A stretch of DNA of 64,000 bases. Origin: an uncultured bacterium. GTDB lineage: Bacteria > Oederibacteriota > JAAXVQ01 > JAUVAV01. Positions within the stretch are counted from its first letter, which is position 1, and every line of letters starts with the position of its first letter. Below are positions 54,853 to 64,000 of the stretch, in pieces. A program made the position numbers and the translations under genes. The DNA is taken from positions 1 to 64,000 of the forward strand of contig CAVQBK010000001.1 in the NCBI GenBank assembly GCA_963710755.1, read 5' to 3'. The notes under the pieces were generated by a model. That model worked only from the letters and a program-made list of their open reading frames with translations, ran no database searches and was not told the origin of the DNA.

Positions 54853-56271
54853 GTGAAGATAATGAAAGGTTATTTGCTGCAGCGCAATAAATTTTCACTG
54901 ATCTTTTACCTGAGCTTGGCCATGATTCTGGGATTGGCAGGTATCAGTGCCGCCGGTTTTTTTTGGGTGACCAAACCTTTAGGCACGGTGATAGGAGTAA
55001 CGGCTCTGGCAGTAGCAGGCATCTTGATGGGGTGCGATGCCATCACCTTCTCCCAGATGGTAAAACCTATCCAGGATTTGATCCGGGAAACCGAGGAGAC
55101 CCTGCAAGGGATTCGTGAAGGCGGTATCTCACTTGTACGCGATGATGAAATCGGCGTACTGGCCAACAATTTCAACCAGATCATTCTGGATGCCCAAATG
55201 AAACGCATGGAATTGGAGAATTCTAATCTGGAACTTGCCTCTCGTGCGGAGGTCATCGAAAAGACTTATCGTGAGCTGGACAAGAAAGTTTATGATCTGT
55301 TCACCCTCTTTAATATTGGCAAAGAACTTAATTCCACCCTTTCCGTGGAGTCGATCCTTAAGATAACCTGTTTTACCTGTATGGGGCAATTAGGCGTTAC
55401 CGTTATGACCATCATGCTCCTTGATGAAAAGGACGGCGTAACTATCGTGCCCGTATATAAGAAAGGTCTGCGTAAGGATGCGGACCGCCTCAAAACCCTG
55501 CAGGTCAAGGAAGCCTTTTTGGAACTGCTTAAAATGAGTGAGCAACCGTTGTTGCTCAGCGATTTGAGAGCCAAAGCTCAGTTTGACAACGAAGTAGATT
55601 TTTTTGAGGCCTACAAATGCTTTCTCATAGCCCCTTTACTGGCTAAAGACCAAGTTATCGGAATGCTATTGTTGGGTAAAAAATTATCAGGCGAAACTTT
55701 TAACCAAGGGGAAAGGGATTTCATCACCACCTTGACTTCTCTGGCCGCTCTGGCGTTAAGGAATGCCCGTCATTATGAACAAGCCATTACCGATGCCATG
55801 ACCAAATTATATTTAAAACGTTATTTCCAACTGCGCTTTGACGACGAACTCAAACGCGCCAGTCGTTATGACGGCAAGTTGAGTCTGCTCATGGCTGATA
55901 TTGACCATTTTAAACGTATCAATGACACCTATGGCCATACCAAGGGCGATGAAGTATTAATAGCCGTGGCCAAAGCCATTAAGGAAAATTTTCGTGATGT
56001 GGATGTTCCCGCCCGCTATGGCGGTGAAGAATTTGCTGTGATCATGCCCGAAGTTGGCAAACAGGACGGAATGATCGCTGCAGAACGTTTACGCAAAAGT
56101 GTGGAAAAACTGACGTTTATGCTTAACGGGACAGAAGTGAAGGTCACCATTTCCCTGGGTCTGGCTGAATTCCCGGGCGATGGCAAAACCCCCCTGGCCC
56201 TCATTGAATCTGCTGATTCTGCATTATATCAATCCAAAGCCAATGGCCGCAATCAGGCCACCCTTGCCTAA
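54853..56271 (+). CDS. Diguanylate cyclase (TM-HAMP-GAF-GGDEF)
   Basis: DIDHFKRINDTYGH, RYGGEEF, RDVD I-site. Confidence 0.93.
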   Translation: MKIMKGYLLQRNKFSLIFYLSLAMILGLAGISAAGFFWVTKPLGTVIGVTALAVAGILMGCDAITFSQMVKPIQDLIRETEETLQGIREGGISLVRDDEIGVLANNFNQIILDAQMKRMELENSNLELASRAEVIEKTYRELDKKVYDLFTLFNIGKELNSTLSVESILKITCFTCMGQLGVTVMTIMLLDEKDGVTIVPVYKKGLRKDADRLKTLQVKEAFLELLKMSEQPLLLSDLRAKAQFDNEVDFFEAYKCFLIAPLLAKDQVIGMLLLGKKLSGETFNQGERDFITTLTSLAALALRNARHYEQAITDAMTKLYLKRYFQLRFDDELKRASRYDGKLSLLMADIDHFKRINDTYGHTKGDEVLIAVAKAIKENFRDVDVPARYGGEEFAVIMPEVGKQDGMIAAERLRKSVEKLTFMLNGTEVKVTISLGLAEFPGDGKTPLALIESADSALYQSKANGRNQATLA

Positions 56272-56279
56272 TTTCGATC

Positions 56280-56981
56280 ATGGCGCGTAAACCCAGGACA
56301 AAAAAAGTAAGCCGGCCAATACCATGGGGGAAGTGGTTATGGGGTTTCCTGCTGTTGGTACCTTGTTTCGTCTTTTCCATGGTTCTGGCCCATACCCTGA
56401 CATCAGTGGATTTAACCATTCCAAGGCAGCTGGCCTTCATCACCGGCGCCGGGGTTTATCTGGTAATGCATCTTTTGTTGTGGAAGCCCATCTTTATCCA
56501 TGTTATGGGCCATGAACTGACCCATGCTTTTTGGGCGGTGGTGTTGGGCGGCAAAATAAAATCCCTGCTCGTCTCCCAGGAAGGTGGGCAAGTGACCATT
56601 TCCAAAACCAATTTTTTTATCGCCTTGGCCCCCTATTTTTTTCCCATATACACCTTTATACTTCTGCCTATTTACCTAATCGCAGCCAAACCCTTCCATA
56701 CCATTCTGGCCTTTCTTCTGGGGTTTACCCTGGCTTTTCATGTGGCGTTGACGCTGCATTCCCTGAAAGACGAACAAAGTGATATTCGCCAGGTGGGCAT
56801 GGTGTTTTCATTTCCCTTTATTTATGTGATGAATATTCTGGTATTAGTGATTGTGTTATCGGTGGTGGCCCCGGAGATGCTTTCCTTTCTTGGCTTTTTA
56901 AAATCCAGTTGGCAACTGCTGCTGGCTTTGATCGTCAAACTGGGCCATGGACTCTTATTCATTAAAACCAAGGTGCTGTGA
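56280..56981 (+). CDS. Membrane metallopeptidase, M50-like
   Basis: HELTH in TM context; IALAPYFFP; QSDI. Confidence 0.75.
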   Translation: MARKPRTKKVSRPIPWGKWLWGFLLLVPCFVFSMVLAHTLTSVDLTIPRQLAFITGAGVYLVMHLLLWKPIFIHVMGHELTHAFWAVVLGGKIKSLLVSQEGGQVTISKTNFFIALAPYFFPIYTFILLPIYLIAAKPFHTILAFLLGFTLAFHVALTLHSLKDEQSDIRQVGMVFSFPFIYVMNILVLVIVLSVVAPEMLSFLGFLKSSWQLLLALIVKLGHGLLFIKTKVL

Positions 56982-56985
56982 GGTT

Positions 56986-58602
56986 ATGGACATGAACAAA
57001 TACCGAGACTTGCTACTGGCCGTGGGTGGCGGCTTTATAGCAGCCATGGCTTTTCCCAACCCGATATATTCCGGCATGGATTGGAAAGGCGGATTTCTGG
57101 GGTGGATTTGCCTTATCCCGCTGCTGCTGATTGCCCCACAATCGACTAAACGTCTTTGGCGTCTTGGATTTATATACGGGTTTGTGTATTTTGGCTTGGC
57201 CGTTATTTGGATTGCGCCAATGCAATCCATGGCGCCCTTGGGGCCACTGGCGTGGTTTCTCCTGACCGCTTACCTGGCGCTTTATCCCGGATTATTTTTA
57301 ATTAGTTATCATTATCTTCGCGCTCGCGGTGTGCCTTGGTGGCTGACTGCGGCCGGTGGCTGGACGATATTGGAATTTGCACGCAATTATATCATTTCCG
57401 GATTTCCCTGGGATAGTTTGGGTTATAGCCAATATGGTATTCCGGCCTTGATGGCCGTACTGCCCTTTAGCGGTATTTGGGGGTTGAGTTTTACAGTCGC
57501 TATGGGTAATTGTCTGATTTATCTGTTGCTGATCTGGTTGGGGAGTTTGTTTTTCCACCGTCAAGCCTGGCTAGTCAGGGAAAGGGAGGTGTTACTCCAT
57601 TCTCGGGGAAATCTGATTCTGGCCGGCGGCTTGATTCTTCTCATCCTGACGGGCACCATCATGGAACAATCCAGGCTCCACCATCAAGCTAAGGCACCGG
57701 TTATGCGCGTGGCCAGTATGCAGGGTAACATCAATCAAAATACCACCTGGGATTTTGATTTTCAGCAAAAAACCTTGAATACGTACAAGACGCTTTTAGA
57801 TAAAGCTGCCAGCAGCCATGCGACATTGGCGGTTTGGCCGGAGACTGCCTTTCCCGGTATTTTTAACTATGATCAGCAGTTAGCCAACACGGTGCGGTTG
57901 TGGTCAAGAATCTTGGGGATTTATCAATTGGTGGGCGCCGATGAAATCAAGCGGACCCAGAAAGAGTATTTGTATTATAATGCCATGGTTCTGATCGACA
58001 ACACAGGCAAAGTAAGAGGATCGACGGCCAAGAGGCATCTGGTGCCTTTTGGGGAATATGTGCCCTATAAAGACTCTATTCTCTTTTTTGTCCATAAACT
58101 GGTCCGCCGTTACGGAGGAGCAGGGTTTACCCCTGGCACCACCCGTAATCTTCTGCCTATGGACCAACCTCAACCTCATACTATGGTGGGAGGCATTATT
58201 TGTTTTGAAAGTCTGTTTCCCCAATACACCCGTGACCTGACCAAACGAGGGGCCCGATTGTTGGCGGTTATAACCTATGACACTTGGTTCGGCCATTCTT
58301 CCGCGCCGGCGCAACATGCTATATTCAGTGCTTTTCGGGCGGCTGAAACCAACCGGGCGCTGGTGCGCGCGGCGGCGACTGGCATTTCCTGCATCTTTGA
58401 TCCAGCGGGTAGGTTGATGGCCAAAATTGATTTGGACAAGGAAGGTGTGCTTGTCAAAGATGTTCCTCTGCCTAAAACCGTAACCTTTTACGTTAGGTTT
58501 GGCGATTGGATCGTGGCACTTCTGGGGCTTCTCATGTTAGGGTTTTGGTCCTGGGGGAAATGGAGATTAAAGAACAAGCAGGCCGGAGGTGAAGACCTTT
58601 AA
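56986..58602 (+). CDS. lnt: Apolipoprotein N-acyltransferase
   Basis: GFPW..LGYSQ, QGN, WPE, KRHLVPFGEY, ICFE. Confidence 0.95.
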   Translation: MDMNKYRDLLLAVGGGFIAAMAFPNPIYSGMDWKGGFLGWICLIPLLLIAPQSTKRLWRLGFIYGFVYFGLAVIWIAPMQSMAPLGPLAWFLLTAYLALYPGLFLISYHYLRARGVPWWLTAAGGWTILEFARNYIISGFPWDSLGYSQYGIPALMAVLPFSGIWGLSFTVAMGNCLIYLLLIWLGSLFFHRQAWLVREREVLLHSRGNLILAGGLILLILTGTIMEQSRLHHQAKAPVMRVASMQGNINQNTTWDFDFQQKTLNTYKTLLDKAASSHATLAVWPETAFPGIFNYDQQLANTVRLWSRILGIYQLVGADEIKRTQKEYLYYNAMVLIDNTGKVRGSTAKRHLVPFGEYVPYKDSILFFVHKLVRRYGGAGFTPGTTRNLLPMDQPQPHTMVGGIICFESLFPQYTRDLTKRGARLLAVITYDTWFGHSSAPAQHAIFSAFRAAETNRALVRAAATGISCIFDPAGRLMAKIDLDKEGVLVKDVPLPKTVTFYVRFGDWIVALLGLLMLGFWSWGKWRLKNKQAGGEDL

Positions 58603-58814
58603 CTGGTTTTTATTGCCGAAAGACCATTTTTGATGAATGACGTACTTGGGGTTATATTCTCCCCCAAGGTGGCATCAAAAAAAGGTTGTAGGGTACAGGC
58701 AAATCCCGACCCTGCGTCTATGGATGGGATCCAACCAGCAATCCGTAACAGAAACTAACTTGGCTAAAAATGTAAAATTTGTTAAACCAGAATCAAAAGG
58801 AAAAGGAGACGAAA

Positions 58815-59750
58815 ATGGATTTGTTAATCGTTGGATCAGTGGCTACAGACGATGTCCGTACCCCTCATGGCCAAATTGAAAAAGGTCTTGGCGGCTCGGC
58901 TGTGTACAGTTCCGTGGCCGCTTCTTATTTTTGTTCACCGGCCATTGTGGGTGTGGTGGGCGAGGATTTTGAACCAACTCATGTGAGCCTGCTGAAAAAT
59001 AAAGGTGTCGACGTGAGTGGTTTGGAACGAAAACCAGGTCTGACCTTCCATTGGAAAGGCTATTATGAAGGGGATATGAACAGCGCCCATACGTTGGATA
59101 CCCAACTCAATGTTTTTGCCTCCTTTGACCCCCATCTGGATCCGGAAGCCAAACAAGCAGACTTTGTTTTTTTGGCCAATATTGACCCCAGCCTGCAATT
59201 GCACGTGTTGCAGGAACTGGAGAAGCCCGCTTTTGTGTTGCTCGATACCATGAATTTCTGGATCACCCATAAAAAGGAAGCCTTACTGGACGTGATCGCG
59301 AAGGTGGATATGGTGGTGGTTAATGACGGCGAGGCCAGACAATTGACGGGCTGTACCAATTTACTCCAGGCCGCGCAATGGATACAAACCCGGGGACCCA
59401 AAGGCGTAATCATCAAAAAAGGTGAGCATGGTGCTTTGGTATTTTGGCAGGCGGACAAAGTCATTGTGCCCGCCTTTCCTCTGGAGACCGTGGTGGATCC
59501 TACGGGAGCGGGGGATACTTTTGCCGGAGCTTTCATTGGCTATCTGGCCCAAACCGGTAAACTCAATATGTCGACACTGCATCAGGCAGCGGCCGTAGGT
59601 ACGATTTTAGCTTCTTTCGTGGTGGAAGATTTTTCGGTCAAAAAGTCGGCCCATTTGACAACACAGGAAATCAGCCGGCGTTTTGCTGCTTTAAAACAAA
59701 TGACAACCCTTGAACCACTGGAGATGACCCCGGTGGCTGGTAAGGTGTGA
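58815..59750 (+). CDS. PfkB family carbohydrate/nucleoside kinase
   Basis: GGSA, DPTGAGDTFAG; AAGGAG RBS. Confidence 0.92.
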   Translation: MDLLIVGSVATDDVRTPHGQIEKGLGGSAVYSSVAASYFCSPAIVGVVGEDFEPTHVSLLKNKGVDVSGLERKPGLTFHWKGYYEGDMNSAHTLDTQLNVFASFDPHLDPEAKQADFVFLANIDPSLQLHVLQELEKPAFVLLDTMNFWITHKKEALLDVIAKVDMVVVNDGEARQLTGCTNLLQAAQWIQTRGPKGVIIKKGEHGALVFWQADKVIVPAFPLETVVDPTGAGDTFAGAFIGYLAQTGKLNMSTLHQAAAVGTILASFVVEDFSVKKSAHLTTQEISRRFAALKQMTTLEPLEMTPVAGKV

Positions 59751-60120
59751 AAAACCAAAAAAATGGACGGACGGCGGTTTGCGTGTAGGGCGCAGGCATC
59801 CAGTACGCGCCGGACAAGTAACCGGTATCTTACAGTCAGTTGTTACAATCCCACGAATACTCACCTTTTGAGACTGAGTAGTGATTGTTTCCTATATTGT
59901 CATCCTATTATGCTCCGAAATGGAATCGGGAAAGCCTTTAAAATCAAGCCCCTGGATACCAGCTTTCACCGGTATAATGGAAAAGCCCGTTGCGCTCCGG
60001 AAGCATAATTTTGGGATATTTTATATTAAAAAGCGCTGCTGTTCAAAGGCATTGACCAAACGAAAAAAAAACGCTATTTTATTCACCAATCATTTTATCC
60101 TTGATGAAAGAAGGAAGCTT

Positions 60121-61296
60121 ATGATTTCCAACAAGTTAGACCGCATACCGCCTTATGTTTTGGCCAAAGTCACGGCGGAAACCAAAATGGCTAGAAGCCG
60201 TGGTGAAGATATAATTGATTTTGGTATGGGAAATCCCGATATGGGCACGCCTCAGCATATTGTGGATAAATTGGTGGAAGCTTCCGCCAAAACTCAAAAT
60301 CATCGTTACAGTGTATCCAAAGGTGTATATAAATTGAGAGAAGCCATATGCCTGTGGTATAAACGGCGCTTCAATGTAGACCTTGATCCCGATACCGAGG
60401 CCATTGCCACCATTGGTGCCAAAGAGGGGATCTCACATTTCATGCTGGCCTTGCTCAATCCAGGAGATACGGTCATTGTGCCTTCGCCTTGTTATCCGAT
60501 CCATGCCTATTCCACGGTCTTGGCAGAAGGGAATGTGATCAGCATCCCTTTTGAGCCCAATGAAAACCTTTTGCCCAAAATCATTAATGTCTGTAAAAAT
60601 TCCTGGCCCAAACCTAAAGCTCTGTTGCTTTCCTTTCCCCAGAATCCTACCGGGACCACGGTGGATTATGAATTTTTTGAACAGGTAGTGGCTTTAGCCA
60701 GAGCGGAGAACTTGTTGATTCTTCATGACCATGCTTATGCGGAACTATGTTTTGACGGCTATAAATCGCCCAGTCTGTTGCAAGTGCCGGGCGCCAAAGA
60801 CCTGGGTGTGGAGTTCTACTCGCTATCCAAAACCTACAATATGCCCGGTTGGCGGGTGGGGTTTATGGTGGGTAACAAAGAGGCCGTGGCTATGTTAACC
60901 AGAATTAAAAGCTATCTTGACTATGGCATCTTTACACCCATTCAGATTGCCGCCATTTCCGCTTTAAATGGACCGCAGGAATGCGTACAGCAAATTGTTG
61001 AAACTTACCACAGCCGCCGGGATGTGTTGGTGGATGGATTAAATAAGTTGGGGTGGCCGGTGACCAAACCGCGGGCGACTATGTTCCTGTGGGCCAAAAT
61101 ACCGGAGCAATTCCGGAAGTTGTCATCCGTAGAATTTTCCATGAAATTGCTGCATGAGGCCAAAGTGGCCGTATCACCTGGCGCGGGTTTTGGGGAAGGC
61201 GGCGATGGTTATGTACGCTTCGCCTTAATTGAAAATGAAGCCCGGACCAAACAGGCCTTGCGGGGAATAAAACGGATGTTTCAAATATCGGCATAG
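60121..61296 (+). CDS. alaC: Class I/II PLP aminotransferase (AlaC-like)
   Basis: DFGMGNPD, SLSKTYNMPGWRVG, IKSYLDYG, GYVRFALIEN. Confidence 0.85.
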   Translation: MISNKLDRIPPYVLAKVTAETKMARSRGEDIIDFGMGNPDMGTPQHIVDKLVEASAKTQNHRYSVSKGVYKLREAICLWYKRRFNVDLDPDTEAIATIGAKEGISHFMLALLNPGDTVIVPSPCYPIHAYSTVLAEGNVISIPFEPNENLLPKIINVCKNSWPKPKALLLSFPQNPTGTTVDYEFFEQVVALARAENLLILHDHAYAELCFDGYKSPSLLQVPGAKDLGVEFYSLSKTYNMPGWRVGFMVGNKEAVAMLTRIKSYLDYGIFTPIQIAAISALNGPQECVQQIVETYHSRRDVLVDGLNKLGWPVTKPRATMFLWAKIPEQFRKLSSVEFSMKLLHEAKVAVSPGAGFGEGGDGYVRFALIENEARTKQALRGIKRMFQISA

Positions 61297-61464
61297 GGGT
61301 CAGGCATTGGGCGTGTGCTGGATTGCCAACTTTTTTATCCGATGATTGCGGACGCCGCTATGACGATAAAAAACGGTTATGCCGATGACTTGAAAGGGGG
61401 AGTGAAGAGTGAGAAGGCACGTATCGTGGTTCAACCCTTTTGTGGTCAGGTGTTTTATTATTGA

Positions 61465-63873
61465 TTAAACAGTTACTTGGTTGACCACCGGTAGTTCGAA
61501 GGAAAACGTGCTACCCCGGTTTTCCTCACTGGCTACATGGATTTTACTTTGATGGGCATCAAGTATTTCTTTGACAATAGAAAGACCAAGACCTGTTCCT
61601 ACATATTTCCTGGTGGAGGAGCTATCAATCTGATAAAATCGATGAAATATCTTGGGCAATGATTTTTTAGGAATGCCAATGCCGGTATCCGCCACTTCCA
61701 GCTTAACCATGGGTACAGTCGACGAGGGCGTGGACTCTGGTGTGCTCAGGGTAAGGCGGATGGTGATACTGCCTTGTTCCGTAAACTTGATGGCATTAGA
61801 AACCAGATTCTGCATAACCTGTACGATTTTGGAGCGGTTGATACGCACCATGATGGATTGAGTGGTGCCTGCTCTTTGTAGGGTCAGCCCTTTAGCCTTG
61901 GCCATTTCTTCGGTGGCGGCGATCACTTCGTCCACCAATTCCTGCAAATTAGCCACTTCCATATTTTTAAGATGTTTTTTCTGATCCTGAAGCTTGGATA
62001 ACACCAACAAATCTTCGATCAACGTTAAAAGATGAGTGATGTTGCGCTTGATAATAGCCAGCTTGTCCTTCTGCATGCTGTCCAGCGGTCCGATTTTGTC
62101 ACATAAAAATAATTCCACATAGGATTTGATCGAGGTCAGCGGCGTTCTTAATTCATGAGACACATTGGAAAGGATTCGTGTTTTAAACTGATCCAATTCC
62201 TGCAAGTCTTTATTAACTGCTTCCAGCTCGTTGAGACGCAGCTGTAATTCCGAATAGAGTTGGGCATTTTCGATGACAATACCCAACTCATCTCCGATTT
62301 TACCCGCCCAGGCGCGATCGCGCATTTTAAATTTGGATTGACGCCGACTACCTATGCCTATAAGGCCAACCACTTTTTTTTGCGAACGCAATGGAATTAG
62401 CATCACCTCGGTGGAGGCGGGGAAGGGCATGCTTGGGAAAAGAGAGGCCAACGATTGCTGATCATGGAAAACCTGAACTTGACCGCTGCCGATAACTTTG
62501 GCCAGCGGGTGATGTTCCGTGGCGGTCATGCTGATTTCCGGCAAAGGCTCGGCCAACAGGCCGTCATGGGCCATGCAGCGCAGATAGGCACCCTGACGGT
62601 CAAGGATATACACCCAGCCCGAATACGCCTGCAATTGGGCAATGGTTTTTTTCATGACTAAGGAGAGAATGTCGCTCAAATTTGAAGTCTGGTTAATGGT
62701 TCTGGTGATGTCGTTTAGAAAAGCCAATTTGTTATTTTGGCTCTTGATCTCTTCTTCCCTTACATTAAGGGTTTGCATCATTTCATTAAAGCTCATGGTA
62801 AGGCGGGCGATTTCATCTTTGGAAGTGACAGGCAAAGGTTCCACCAGCAATCCGTTTTCCATTAATTTGATGCCTGCGTCCAGGGCTTCAATGGGTCCGA
62901 CGATTTTACCGACAATCCAAAAACTACCTAAAAGACTGATGAGAAGGGTGCCGGCAATGAAAATAATGAAAATGATGCGTAGCCGTCTGACCAGATCAGA
63001 GGCAATGGTGGTTTGTCGTTCAACGAAAATACCCCATTTTAAAAAAGTGCTGCGTGTATACGAGAGATAAAAGGCATGACCGTCTTTGTGGGTGACCAGT
63101 TCGATGTAGGATGAACGGCCGGATTGATGCAACCGCAGTTTCTCAATGGCCAGCGGGCGGTCAGGAGGAAAAGTAGGCGGGAGAATAATGGTGCCGCCAA
63201 TGGTGGCCATGGTGACCGTGGTGTCATCTCCGAAATGCCACTTAAGCAACGCGTTTTCAAAATAGCCGATGTCCACCAAAATAGTGACCAGGTAATGCGG
63301 AAGCCCATGGCCGTTGACTTCGAAACGCACCGGCAGGACAGTGGTTTTAAACTGATTGTCAAAATGAGGCGGCGCAATCTCAAAGGACTTTTTATCGTAA
63401 ATGATTTGGCGCCAATTAACCTGGTCGCGCCACTCCATTTTTAATTTACTTTTGTTCAAAGCCAATAATTGCCGGTGACTATGATTCTCGATACTGAAGG
63501 CCAGAAGCTCGGGATTGGTCGAAACACTCCATAACAGCGGACTGTTTTTATGGTTGAAAATGGTGGCAGAAGGATGTTCCACCAGGAAATCCTGAAACAG
63601 CTCCTGCGTGTTGATGAAAAGGGCAATGAAATAATGGTCCACGAAGTGTTGCAGTCGAACGGACAGGTATTGACTTTCCTGTTTGGCCTCGAGAAAAAGA
63701 TAATTGGATGTTTTGTGGATGGCCAGGTATGAGAAAAACATAAACGGGATACTAAGCATGACAAAGAGCATAAGGAACAGCTTATGCCGGAGCTTACTCT
63801 CCAAACCTGCCCATGATTTGAGTCTTTTCCAATGCTTTTTAATATTAAACCGCAGTCTTTTTCTCATTCGCAT
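61465..63873 (-). CDS. Sensor histidine kinase (2TM, HAMP, GAF, HisKA, HATPase)
   Basis: SHELRTPL, NAIKFT, DTGIG, GTGLGL. Confidence 0.93.
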   Translation of the reverse strand: MRMRKRLRFNIKKHWKRLKSWAGLESKLRHKLFLMLFVMLSIPFMFFSYLAIHKTSNYLFLEAKQESQYLSVRLQHFVDHYFIALFINTQELFQDFLVEHPSATIFNHKNSPLLWSVSTNPELLAFSIENHSHRQLLALNKSKLKMEWRDQVNWRQIIYDKKSFEIAPPHFDNQFKTTVLPVRFEVNGHGLPHYLVTILVDIGYFENALLKWHFGDDTTVTMATIGGTIILPPTFPPDRPLAIEKLRLHQSGRSSYIELVTHKDGHAFYLSYTRSTFLKWGIFVERQTTIASDLVRRLRIIFIIFIAGTLLISLLGSFWIVGKIVGPIEALDAGIKLMENGLLVEPLPVTSKDEIARLTMSFNEMMQTLNVREEEIKSQNNKLAFLNDITRTINQTSNLSDILSLVMKKTIAQLQAYSGWVYILDRQGAYLRCMAHDGLLAEPLPEISMTATEHHPLAKVIGSGQVQVFHDQQSLASLFPSMPFPASTEVMLIPLRSQKKVVGLIGIGSRRQSKFKMRDRAWAGKIGDELGIVIENAQLYSELQLRLNELEAVNKDLQELDQFKTRILSNVSHELRTPLTSIKSYVELFLCDKIGPLDSMQKDKLAIIKRNITHLLTLIEDLLVLSKLQDQKKHLKNMEVANLQELVDEVIAATEEMAKAKGLTLQRAGTTQSIMVRINRSKIVQVMQNLVSNAIKFTEQGSITIRLTLSTPESTPSSTVPMVKLEVADTGIGIPKKSLPKIFHRFYQIDSSSTRKYVGTGLGLSIVKEILDAHQSKIHVASEENRGSTFSFELPVVNQVTV

Positions 63874-64000
63874 ATTTTAGAAAGAAAAAGTAAAAAAAGC
63901 AATAATTCAGATGCCCAATCCCTCTATTTGACATTTTACCCGCTTATGACTAAAATGAATTCTTTATGGCAGCGCTCGTGACTCCATTTCCTGGCCTTGC

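Noticed and set aside
58690-58745. GGCAAA-containing leader as a c-di-GMP-I riboswitch
   Set aside because: Lacks the GAAA tetraloop and the downstream GCAAAG consensus.

Overview
Chromosomal DNA from a diderm bacterium (Lnt present). The mix of PorV-like barrels, cargo proteins with Thr/Pro linkers and C-terminal Ig-like sorting domains, and SpoVG suggests a candidate-phylum lineage such as Firestonebacteria/Goldbacteria or Elusimicrobiota (inference only). Bases 1-20.5 kb hold the 3' part of a giant gene (>6,830 aa, open to the window edge) resembling a polymorphic toxin. It has YD/Rhs-like repeats, hydrophobic blocks, two duplicated ~800-aa modules and a C-terminal HExxH metallopeptidase, and is followed by a small lipoprotein. 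The strongest signal is that each duplicated module hides a nested same-strand +1-frame gene with its own Shine-Dalgarno, an equivalent start and stop, and synonymous-biased divergence. The same gene carries five in-frame REP-like palindromes of four types, with a RAYT transposase and an orphan gene fragment nearby. 21-37.5 kb is accessory: two cargo+PorV pairs, duplicated ygbA-like genes, SpoVG, a radical SAM enzyme and a sensor kinase. 37.7-64 kb is mostly core: five tRNAs, tig-clpP-clpX-lon-engB, serA, purA, a partner-switching/c-di-GMP cluster, lnt, a PfkB kinase, an aminotransferase and a histidine kinase. All calls are by eye; no searches were run.
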